Of a stretch of DNA of 64,000 bases, positions 54,740 through 62,996 are shown piece after piece. Each line of letters opens with the position of its first letter. Within the stretch, counting starts at the first letter, position 1. The translations under genes and the position numbers were made by a program. The DNA is from Ostreococcus lucimarinus (lineage: Eukaryota). The stretch lies in NCBI GenBank assembly GCA_000092065.1, contig CP000594.1, one strand, 5' to 3'. The notes under the pieces are model-generated. The model did no database searches. It was given only the letters and a program-made list of their open reading frames with translations, and was not told where the DNA came from.

Positions 54740-54837
54740 ATCAACAGGTCCGGAGTTCGATTCTCCGAGGCCCCTACGACAGACCCATACCTAGGGCACT
54801 CGGGGTCTTAGCTCAGTGGTAGAGCGGTTGACTGCAG
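54740..54837 (+). tRNA. Circularly permuted tRNA-Cys(GCA) gene: 3' half (nt 38-73, ~54740..54775) - 26-nt linker - 5' half (nt 1-37, ~54802..54837)
   Basis: 5' half GGGGTCTTAGCTCAGTGGTAGAGCGGTTGACTGCAG gives the acceptor 5' strand, D arm, anticodon stem 5' strand and loop C-U-G-C-A-G. Upstream, ATCAACAGGTCCGGAGTTCGATTCTCCGAGGCCCCT gives A38, the anticodon stem 3' strand (TCAAC pairs GTTGA), variable loop, T arm GGAGTTCGATTCTCC, the acceptor 3' strand AGGCCCC (pairs GGGGTCT with one G-U) and discriminator U73, which is typical of tRNA-Cys. Neither half is a complete tRNA in linear order. Confidence 0.8.
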
Positions 54838-54851
54838 TTAAAAACCATTTC

Positions 54852-54857
54852 TTTTTT
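54852..54857 (+). terminator. RNA polymerase III T-run terminator (T6) 14 nt downstream of the tRNA 5' half; identical copy at ~54942..54947
   Basis: ccatttcTTTTTTgg immediately follows each 5'-half copy. Confidence 0.6.
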
Positions 54858-54891
54858 GGACGTTTCTCGTCTCGACGCGTTTAGGGCACTC

Positions 54892-54927
54892 GGGGTCTTA
54901 GCTCAGTGGTAGAGCGGTTGACTGCAG
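54892..54927 (+). pseudogene. Tandem duplicate of the tRNA-Cys 5' half plus trailer (90-bp unit repeated), with no partner 3' half
   Basis: The unit tagggcactcGGGGTCT...ACTGCAGttaaaaaccatttcttttttggacgtttctcgtctcgacgcgt occurs twice in direct tandem (~54791..54880 and ~54881..54970). Only the first copy is preceded by a 3' half. Confidence 0.6.
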
Positions 54928-55067
54928 TTAAAAACCATTTCTTTTTTGGACGTTTCTCGTCTCGACGCGTAACGCGATAGACGTGCGCGCGCCGACGTGT
55001 CTTCGTGATGTCTTCGTCTAAATCAGCACTTCACTTTTTATCACAATAGTTGACGACGACGACGCGT

Positions 55068-56864
55068 CTATTTCTTCGCGACGACTTGCGCGAAGCTCAC
55101 TTTGACCTTCTTCGCCGCCGCGGTCTCCGTCCCCGCGTGTAAATCATCGTTGAGCGAGTCCAATTGCGTGATTGAATCGTCTTCTTGCATTTCTTTGCGT
55201 TTGCGAGCCGCCTTCGTATCGTCTCCCAGGGGCAAAGGTTTCTCTTCGGAGATTTTCTTTTCCTCGTCCTCCGCGCTCGCCGCTTTCTTCTCCTTCTCCG
55301 GCGCGTAGATGTCCTTGACGTAGCCGTCGATTTCTTCTTTCACGAAGCTCGGTAAATCCTTGCGCTTCAAATATTTGACGTTCGCCTGCATCCCGGGTAC
55401 CCAGTTCGATTCCCCAGTCGCGCGATCCATCCACGACGTCACAGTCATTTGGAACTGCTCCACCGCGGGATTCAAGTTGAGCGAAACCTTCTCCTCCTTC
55501 TTCTTCAGGCTCGAAGGAAATAACCCCAAGAACAGCGTGACGTGCGAGTTTTCGTCCTTCTCCGGATCTTTGTACCTCGACGTGCCGGGATGCGCAAGCA
55601 TTTGCCCTCCCGTGGCGTTTTCGATGCCTTGGATTAAAAGCTTGATTCGCGAGCCGACCCAACCTTCCCACTTCTTAAAGTCATCTTCGTTCTTGGCCGA
55701 GATGGTAACCATCAAATAATGCTTGTATTTTTCTAAAAAGTTCAACGAACACCACAGCTGCTCCCACTTCGCGGTGTTTAAAAGAATCATCTTGGTCACT
55801 TCCTTGCCGCGCTTGAACTCGGCTTTGAGCACCTCGAGCGTGCTGACGCTCACGTTGAACGTAGAGTTTTGCGCCGGATACGCCGGAGTTAAGATTTTCA
55901 TCAACTGATATCGCTCTGCCTTGTTCACACGCTCGTCCCACACTCGCATCCCGGGTAAGCCTTCGTCGACGATGGGTACGAGCATCACCGGCGTCGTCCA
56001 TTGCCACGCCGACCATAGTTGGAAAAAGCTGTACACGAGCATGGAAGGTGCGGCGTTGGGGTACAACTGACACACGCGCGCTACTAAAATCGCCAGGTTT
56101 ACGCCACCGAAAAACCCGACGACGTTGCTATACACCCCGCGCCGCTGCGCCCACAGACGCAACGTGCGAAGCGCCACTCGAAACGCGTCGTGGTTTGGCA
56201 CGACGCGCAACAACTGATCCGCCACGCGACAACCATTCAGGGATTTCACCCCTGGGTCGTCCAAATTCATCATCACCGACGTCTGACACACGTCTAAGTC
56301 CTCTGGCACGTGCGTGTACGACGGTAAGCTCGTGTACGCCATATCTATTTCAAAACCTCTAAACACGAGTTTGATTTCTGGCACGATGGCGTCGCGCACG
56401 GGCACGATGCTCTCCGTTCCAGGGTGTTTCCGCATCACGTCATAAAACGACCCTTCGTAATCATTCTCATCCCATCCAAAGAAATCCTCCTCTCGGCTCA
56501 GATGTCTCGGCCCGAGGCACAGCGTATCGATATCCGCAGCCGGTCCGTGCACGCCCAATCTATAGCTCCCAAACGTGTACAAGTTACACGACGGCCGCAT
56601 ATCCTCTGTGATCCCCTTTCGCTCGCTCGCCGCCAGCACCCAGTCTTGCAACAACGCGTTTATCTCCCCCAGCACCTCCTCGCGTCGCACGCACTCGTCC
56701 GCGTCTTCGTACACGTCCTCTTCCCGCAGTTTGTCATCGAGCGCCTTGCTCAACTTTTCGTCGAACGCCGTCGGCATCTCGTTCGACATCACGCGATTCA
56801 GCGCCTCCGCGGACGCCGACTGGGTCATGACCGACGGTGCGGAGGGCGTCTGCGCGCCGATCAT
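55068..56864 (-). CDS. PAP: Canonical nuclear poly(A) polymerase
   Basis: Nucleotidyltransferase core LYTFGSYRLGVHGPAADIDTLCLGP. Central domain RLWAQRRGVYSNVVGFFGGVNLAILVARVCQLYPNAAPSMLVYSFFQLWSAWQW. Ser/Lys-rich C-terminus. Confidence 0.9.
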   Translation of the reverse strand: MIGAQTPSAPSVMTQSASAEALNRVMSNEMPTAFDEKLSKALDDKLREEDVYEDADECVRREEVLGEINALLQDWVLAASERKGITEDMRPSCNLYTFGSYRLGVHGPAADIDTLCLGPRHLSREEDFFGWDENDYEGSFYDVMRKHPGTESIVPVRDAIVPEIKLVFRGFEIDMAYTSLPSYTHVPEDLDVCQTSVMMNLDDPGVKSLNGCRVADQLLRVVPNHDAFRVALRTLRLWAQRRGVYSNVVGFFGGVNLAILVARVCQLYPNAAPSMLVYSFFQLWSAWQWTTPVMLVPIVDEGLPGMRVWDERVNKAERYQLMKILTPAYPAQNSTFNVSVSTLEVLKAEFKRGKEVTKMILLNTAKWEQLWCSLNFLEKYKHYLMVTISAKNEDDFKKWEGWVGSRIKLLIQGIENATGGQMLAHPGTSRYKDPEKDENSHVTLFLGLFPSSLKKKEEKVSLNLNPAVEQFQMTVTSWMDRATGESNWVPGMQANVKYLKRKDLPSFVKEEIDGYVKDIYAPEKEKKAASAEDEEKKISEEKPLPLGDDTKAARKRKEMQEDDSITQLDSLNDDLHAGTETAAAKKVKVSFAQVVAKK

Positions 56865-56991
56865 GATCGCGGGCGACGACGCGCGCGCGTCGATCGCGTC
56901 GGAGTGTGAAGTCGGGCGCGATTAATTTCGACGGCGCGACCGTATTTCGCGGCGCGCGCGCGCGCGTTCGTTCGCGCGCGATTCGGTTTCG

Positions 56992-57883
56992 ATGCTCGGG
57001 ACTCAATCTCGCGGTCACGCCGCGGGCGATCGCAAGAGCGCGCTCGTGCGCTACGGACTCGTGGCGATCGCGTTGATGAATGTCGGTGTCGAATTGATTA
57101 AGATGTACTTTGGAACGAGCGCGCGCGGCGTGGAGGGGCGATACGGACGCGTGCGCGCGGAGGTGGCGTCGGTAAATCATCGCACGTCGTCGCTCGAGCG
57201 GACGATGCCGCGCGCGGATGCGCTGGCGCCCGAGGTGGAGGAGACGCGGGCCGAAACGGCGGCGGCGACGGCGCTGGCGCCCGAGGTGGAGGAGACGACG
57301 ACGCCGGCGAACGTTCGGCGGCGAGAGAGAGAGTGCGGTTCGCCCGCCGTCGATGGCTACGCGCACGTAAATTTGACGTGCTTGGCGATGAGTGCGACGG
57401 CGAGAGAATTCGCTCACGCGTCGGCGAGCGGGCGCGAGAAGTTGCGAGCGCACATCGAAGAACACGCGTCGTACGACGGCGTGGCGGTTCGTTGGGGAAT
57501 CCATCACACGACGGAAACCGCGGAGGAGTGCGGTGAGCGGTGCAAAGAACACGTGGTAAAGCCGGACGGAATCGGTGCAGAAGTTTTGCCGTGCAACGTG
57601 TTCGTTTGGCCGTCCCAAAGACGTCGGTGAGGGCGGTTGCTTTGAACCAGACGCGCACCAGCACTTCGCGGGCGACTGTTGGCTCAAGTTTAGCGAGACT
57701 CCGGAGAACGTCGAGGTGAACCAGCGAGGGGCCAACGACGCACCTGGGTTCGTGAATAAGGATGGAAAGACGTTCGCCGAGCGACACGCGAACGCGCCGA
57801 AATTAGTCCATTGGTCGAGCGGCGTGCTGCTTCCGGAATCGATGACAGCTTCGAGCACGCTCGGGCCGCGCGCAACGTGGTAG
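56992..57883 (+). CDS. Hypothetical membrane-anchored Cys-containing protein; reading frame shifts near ~57600-57640 (frameshift, pseudogene or unresolved splice)
   Basis: Track ORFs 56992..57630 (..LPCNVFVWPSQRRR*) and 57575..57883 (..GGCFEPDAHQHFAGDCWLKFSE..) overlap in different frames and together look like one conserved C-rich domain. No family assigned. Confidence 0.3.
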
Positions 57884-57927
57884 ACATGTAGAAAATTTGT
57901 TGTTATACATATACTTGTACACTTTGA

Positions 57928-58548
57928 TTACTGTACGCGGGCCATCCAGTTTGCAGGCGGTGACCAGGTTGTCACCGCCGCATGGTGATCTCTCTGGTCT
58001 TTAGGTGGGCAAGGCCCCATAGCCAAAAACTTCAAAGAACTACTATATTCCAGCGTGTCCAGTGCTTCCACATTGCGAAGCTTTTCGTCATCTCTTTTTT
58101 CCACCAACACGCAGAATTCATTTACTTCCACTGCCCAGGCCTGGCCGGTGTTTCTTTCTATTTTGTACATGCCGGCTCTGCATTGGAGGCCCATATTGAA
58201 AAGCTTAGCCTCGTTGACTTGCTAACAAACTTTCTCAAATGCCTCTACCATTTTCGGCGGTGTGCAACCCACCGGGAAGCGTATAGCAGACCAGCATCGG
58301 ATCGTTTCACAAATGGGCCACCCCCCCATGTCCTTCAGTGCGCCGTTCAAGATATCTACAAGCTCGATCGCCACGGGTGAGTTTCTCGACCAATCTGGGT
58401 CACGGGCACGCATGTAGAGAGGCGACGGCGCATGGGTTTTCAGCAGGGGGGCGATGCGCCAGGACGTGAAGTCGTGTTTCCCCTGAACTTGAAGAACTGC
58501 GAGCAGGTCGGGGTGATAGAATGCTGGGGTGCTCAGGCAACAACCCAT
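57928..58548 (-). CDS. Hypothetical protein beginning MGCC (possible N-myristoylation/palmitoylation); two adjacent ORFs 58222..58548 and 57928..58194
   Basis: Two co-linear minus-strand ORFs separated by a stop. They may be one gene with an intron or two small genes. Lower-GC context. Confidence 0.25.
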
Positions 58549-58889
58549 GATGCGCTGTGTTTCTTTTCTCGGCCACGCGCGCGTTTTCTTTTGTCCGCCT
58601 CTCTCTCGCGCGCGCGTCGTCGAGTGATGCTGGTGCCGCTCGTGACGGATTTAAGGGCGTGAACACCCGCGTGTAAAAGCAGACACTTTATATAGCACTT
58701 TGGGAGGTTAAAAGGTGTCCCAAAGTCTCATACATTGGCCTATACTTTGGCAACATCCCGCGCTTTGATTACTGTACAGTAATCAAAGCGCGGGATACCG
58801 TGGAATGGACTCGGAAAAACCTCTAGAAGTTCGGCGGCGCCATTCCGCGCGCGATCTCAGCGGGCGAGCGTGATCACCAACGTGGACCG

Positions 58890-60959
58890 ATGAGGCACCG
58901 ATCGTACCGTGTATGCAATGGACGCACGCTCGCACTCATCGCGCTCGTCGTGCTTGTCGCACGCACGCAGCGCGTCTTCGCTTCGCCGACCGACGAGCGA
59001 AGATTCTGGACGCCCACTGTCGTCGCCGTGGACGACGGCGTCGGTTCGAAGATCCGACGCATGGGAAACGATGTGGAGAAATCGAAGTCTTTCGTGTTTG
59101 AGAACACGGTAGCGGAATCGCTGACAAGAGATGGCGTCGTCGCGGTGCGAGTGCGAGGCTTGAACGAAGCAAAGACACAGAGCGCAAAACTCTTCATGGA
59201 TTGCGCGCGGGTTACGGATAATGTTGCAGTAGAAGAGTACGACGATGGATCCAGGCGCGTGACGCTCGCCACGACGACGAAGCAGAGGGGGAGTGGTTTC
59301 GGGGAACCCACGTCCAAAGCATGTAAGAAGTTCGAGGTCACGACGAAAATGCTTCGCGCGAAAGTTTCTGTGGCCGAACAAGCAATCACGGACGTGTTTC
59401 AGAGCAAGTTTTCAGATCTGAGTGAATTTGCGAACGGGGTACTGATGCAGGGAGAGAACGGCGAGACCTATAAAACTTTCTCGGAAGTATTGAAAGACTG
59501 CGAGCACCTTGAACATTTTCACGGCTACACGATTTCACCACAACAAAAATTGAAGAATAGTAAAGTGCGGACGATCGAAGAGCACACGGATCAAGGTCTA
59601 CTCATCGCATTCGTCCCGGCCATAATTGTCGATGCAGTGACGGGAAGGCGCGATAAGTTTTCCTCAACCGGCGATTTTTATATGACGCTTCCTGGGCATC
59701 GCAAGGTGCTTCTCCATTTTGACACGCTTCCAGACGATGTCGTTATTTTTATGCTGGGTCAAGCAATCGAGCAACAAATCACTCCCAAACTTGCAAACGG
59801 CCTTGAGCTTCACGCTGTACCACACGCAATGGATATGCCCAATCTTAAATCTAATCAGTTCAGATTTTGGTATGGGCGAATGTTCCTCCCACCTGAGAAT
59901 GCCTTGGACGAAAGCCATGGTCTCTCTTTTGGGACAGTGCGCGCTAACATCATCGAAGATTTCGCACGTGGGCTGAAGACATCCGTGGGATGTGGTCGTG
60001 AGCTCCTCTCCGTGGCAGGGAGCGGTTCATGCGCTAGCAACCAGATATGGTGCTGGATGCGATGCATGAATCACTCAGCGCCGGCGAGCAATCCACTCAC
60101 ATGCAGGACGGGTCATAGTGTCCAATGTTTGAGCCAAAGACTGGAAGTCTGGACGGATGCCGACAGTCATGGTGATTATAATCCTGGATGCACCGACGAG
60201 ACCAACGAGACAAAGCCCGTCACCGATCCACCGACCATCCCAGCTCGAGCAGCCTCTTGTACAGATGGAAACGCCTGGGAAACTTTTTTGAACCACTCCG
60301 AATATGAAAACAGCTTGGAGCTGTTACAAGATAAGTTATATTTACTCTGGACTGTTCAAAATGGTAAGTTAAAAGCCCGAGTTGCCTTCAATGGCAAGAT
60401 TGGTTGGTTTGCTCTCGGCATCAAAAACCTAGGAGGGAAACACAACGGGATGAACGGGGCGAACATCGTCATGGGCGTCCACGACCCTCATCCAATGGGT
60501 CACGACAGCAATTTCGGTTCTCCTTATGTTGGAAAGAGCAGTGCGAAACAATACAAAATCCACGATCATTCTTCTGCTTTTCGACATTGGAATGACACTG
60601 CTGACGTTGCCTCACCCTTCGTGAGTTCGACGACGTTCAATTCATGTTTCAGTTGTATGCGTTTCGAGACGGCCTCGATACGGGGCGAGGCTCTGAATCT
60701 CACCTCTGGTATTAATGAACTCATCTGGGCTGCTCATGATGGCACTTACCTCAAAGGCTACCATGAAGTACAAGGATTCGATCGGAGAGATGCACGCGGG
60801 CATCTCACGCTTGACCTGACGCGAAATTACGGTCGTGTAACGTGCGGCTTCTCAAGAGGCTGGGCTGCGGCGAGTCAAACATGTGCTTTTTCGGCAGCAA
60901 GCACTCCTTCAGCGATAGTTTCTATATCCATTGCTGTCATTGCAATCCTCGTTATGTGA
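58890..60959 (+). CDS. Secretory-pathway 2-oxoglutarate/Fe(II) dioxygenase-like domain fused to a DOMON-like domain, with N-terminal signal peptide and C-terminal hydrophobic anchor
   Basis: Signal peptide LALIALVVLVARTQRVFA. 2OG-oxygenase-like block EHTDQGLLIAFVP...VVIFMLGQAIEQ...NGLELHAVPHAM...RFWYGRMFLPP (HxD...H...R spacing). DOMON-like block LYLLWTVQNGKLKARVAFNGKIGWFALGIKNLGG...NIVMGV...IWAAHDG. C-terminal anchor SAIVSISIAVIAILVM. Confidence 0.55.
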   Translation: MRHRSYRVCNGRTLALIALVVLVARTQRVFASPTDERRFWTPTVVAVDDGVGSKIRRMGNDVEKSKSFVFENTVAESLTRDGVVAVRVRGLNEAKTQSAKLFMDCARVTDNVAVEEYDDGSRRVTLATTTKQRGSGFGEPTSKACKKFEVTTKMLRAKVSVAEQAITDVFQSKFSDLSEFANGVLMQGENGETYKTFSEVLKDCEHLEHFHGYTISPQQKLKNSKVRTIEEHTDQGLLIAFVPAIIVDAVTGRRDKFSSTGDFYMTLPGHRKVLLHFDTLPDDVVIFMLGQAIEQQITPKLANGLELHAVPHAMDMPNLKSNQFRFWYGRMFLPPENALDESHGLSFGTVRANIIEDFARGLKTSVGCGRELLSVAGSGSCASNQIWCWMRCMNHSAPASNPLTCRTGHSVQCLSQRLEVWTDADSHGDYNPGCTDETNETKPVTDPPTIPARAASCTDGNAWETFLNHSEYENSLELLQDKLYLLWTVQNGKLKARVAFNGKIGWFALGIKNLGGKHNGMNGANIVMGVHDPHPMGHDSNFGSPYVGKSSAKQYKIHDHSSAFRHWNDTADVASPFVSSTTFNSCFSCMRFETASIRGEALNLTSGINELIWAAHDGTYLKGYHEVQGFDRRDARGHLTLDLTRNYGRVTCGFSRGWAAASQTCAFSAASTPSAIVSISIAVIAILVM

Positions 60960-61210
60960 CGCGGAAGTTTGCATTCTTCACGATCTTTCAATCGACACCC
61001 GAAACAGTCTGAGCACGCACCGACAGTCACGCCGTTGTAGGTCCCGGCGTGATAACAGAACTCTTCGCTTGATGCGAGTGCGTTCGTGCTCGCGTACGCA
61101 CTCGAAACGGTGCAGTCGGCGTGAGAGAAACACACGTCGCCCGGGTCCGCGCGCGCGGTGTGCGCGACGGCGAGAGCGAAAACGAACGGCACGAGGAGGT
61201 TCTGAAACAT
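60875..61210 (-). CDS. Small secreted Cys-rich protein (111 aa from ATG; signal peptide MFQNLLVPFVFALAVAHTARA)
   Basis: ATG at ~61208-61210; 10 Cys. Its 3' end overlaps the convergent upstream gene by ~85 bp, so the call is tentative. Confidence 0.3.
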   Translation of the reverse strand: MFQNLLVPFVFALAVAHTARADPGDVCFSHADCTVSSAYASTNALASSEEFCYHAGTYNGVTVGACSDCFGCRLKDREECKLPRHITRIAMTAMDIETIAEGVLAAEKAHV

Positions 61211-61302
61211 TTTTGGTGTGGGTTTAGCTCGCGAAAAAGTTTCAGCGAGGCTTGACGTGCGCCGCAAAGTGAGGTTCGGAGATCCGGAGATCCGCCGGTT
61301 GA

Positions 61303-61464
61303 CGCCCCGCGGGGCGTGTGTGCCAGCCCGTAGGGTTTAGGGGATCGGACATATGGAGCCTCACTATTAAGACACACTGTCATATATATTAATGGATTTA
61401 TGACAGTGTGTCTTAATAGTGAGGCTCCATATGTCCGACCGCGGGCACACATCCCCGCGGGGCG
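61303..61464. repeat. Long hairpin-forming inverted repeat: perfect 40-bp arms (61345..61384 / 61399..61438) around a 14-nt AT loop, nested in imperfect GC-rich outer arms (cgccccgcgggg..gtgtgtgcc)
   Basis: TCGGACATATGGAGCCTCACTATTAAGACACACTGTCATA and its exact reverse complement, separated by tatattaatggatt. Confidence 0.85.
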
Positions 61465-61706
61465 CCAGCAGGGTCAGGTCGCAATTTTGCGTTTTCCCGC
61501 TCAGCCTTCACTAGAAACGTGTCTAAACCGGCCACTTTTTAAATCTTGTTTTTTGCTAGGTTTTTACTGTCTCCGGGTCTCGGAGGAATCGCGTGGAGTG
61601 ACCGGTTATGGGTTTAGTGGTTGGAGGTCCTGTGAGGAACTTTCTCTCCGTCACTTTTTTTCCATTTTTGAAAAAAAAAACGTCACATGTAAACTTTATA
61701 AATAAA

Positions 61707-61730
61707 CCTATAACCTATAACCTATAACCT
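61707..61730. repeat. (CCTATAA)4 heptanucleotide microsatellite
   Basis: cctataacctataacctataacc, downstream of an A10 run. Confidence 0.8.
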
Positions 61731-61863
61731 TGAAGGTTGAAATTTCTTAAGACCCGGGGTCCGCTGTTAAGGGGGGTCGGAACGCACAGAGAAATCGGGC
61801 TCGTCGTCCTGTGTATCAGCAGTCCTGTAGTAGGAAGTCATTTTTTGCTGTTTTGGGCATCCC

Positions 61864-62172
61864 TTGCGTTCAGAGATTCCATTCTGAAGAAATCTTAAGC
61901 GAGGGCACCAAAAACTCAAGGTCTCAACGGTCGCACGCTTCAGACTAGTTACATCTTCTGTACCTCCAAGCAGCGAAGTGCTCCTGTGTGTCAGGTTTGT
62001 CTCACCAAACACCGAGATCTTCGAGAAGACGAACACGTTCCGCTGAGAGTTTGCACGTGCACCTGTCTTCCTTTGCCTGATTTGTGAGCCATCACCCCAG
62101 ATTTGAATGTGGCGTATCTTATCGCGACACTCTCGCTTAAGATCTCTTCAGAATGGAATCTCTGAACGCAAG
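61864..62172. mobile_element. MITE-like non-coding element, ~309 bp, bounded by 40-bp terminal inverted repeats (37/38 identity in the core)
   Basis: Left arm cttgcgttcagagattccattctgaagaaatcttaagcgag (~61864..61903). Right arm ctcgcttaagatctcttcagaatggaatctctgaacgcaag (~62132..62172), which is its reverse complement with one mismatch. No ORF inside. No clear target-site duplication seen. Confidence 0.45.
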
Positions 62173-62996
62173 CCGTGGATGTATTAAACTGTGAACGAGG
62201 CTAGTCATGGTTCGATTTTTTGGATTACAAGTGTAGGTCTACTTTTACGTTTCGTGGACTCCGCTTGAGTCGGCCGATGTCACCACGTCAGGTGTTTCGA
62301 GTGCACTAGAGACGTGACCGCCGATACACAGGACGTCGAGCTCGGCGTGCCTGATTTCACGACTCGGTGACCATGGTTTGAAACCGAAATGACCATCGGC
62401 TTCAGGCCCAGGCGCGGCCGCAATGCTACTTTAAACTTAATATATTTTTTTTGAAAAAAGAGTAGTAAGAGTAATAAAAATAAACTTTTTTTTTGAGTTG
62501 GGGCACCCCAACATGATAAAACCGCACATCGCGGCGAGCCATGCGCGACCATCAATTTGATGTCATGTCTAGTCAGGCTCTCGTGGTAAAAACGTAAGAT
62601 GTGCTTATTACAGCATATGCCAATTGCGCAGTAAATCTCGAAGGACGACATCAAACATATCACAGAGCGCGCGCTTCACACCGTACAACACCATCTAAGG
62701 TACTTTCGACCGACGTTTTAGGCAATTTTGACTCGCCGACTGGTCTTTTCCAGTTGTGACGTCAGATTCGATACGATACTGGGTTACGATGCGTTGAGTT
62801 GGACTGTAGAGGCCTGTACCCTTACATGCACATCTTCCATGGAGCGCTGGAGAAAAGGCATTGTTGCATAATTATTGTCAAAATATAGATATTTTAATTT
62901 GACGCCACCATTATTAACTTTAAAATCAAGCCAGATCGCGACGACACTGAACATTTGAATGTGTATTCACACTTGAGAGACACTGGTTTCGGCAAC

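Noticed and set aside
54451-54744. 97-aa minus-strand ORF overlapping the tRNA-Cys 3' half and the RRS1 3' end
   Set aside because: It has a TTG start inside a tRNA, no homology, and overlaps better-supported features.
54802-54837. Reading the tRNA-like segments as an intron-containing or truncated conventional tRNA
   Set aside because: Downstream of G37 there is no sequence able to supply the anticodon-stem 3' strand, T arm or acceptor 3' strand. Those elements lie upstream in exact register, so a permuted arrangement fits better than an intron or pseudogene.
57590-57650. 23-nt GTGAGG...CAG mini-intron to repair the 56992..57883 frame shift
   Set aside because: It is too short for a spliceosomal intron and would delete a conserved-looking GEGGCFEP segment. 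A frameshift or indel is more likely.
61806-62340. Outer 15-bp inverted pair (cgtcctgtgtatcag / ccgatacacaggacg) as the true ends of a larger ~535-bp foldback element
   Set aside because: The match is only 14/15 over 15 bp, which could arise by chance. It is kept as a note under the TIR-element finding rather than as a separate feature.
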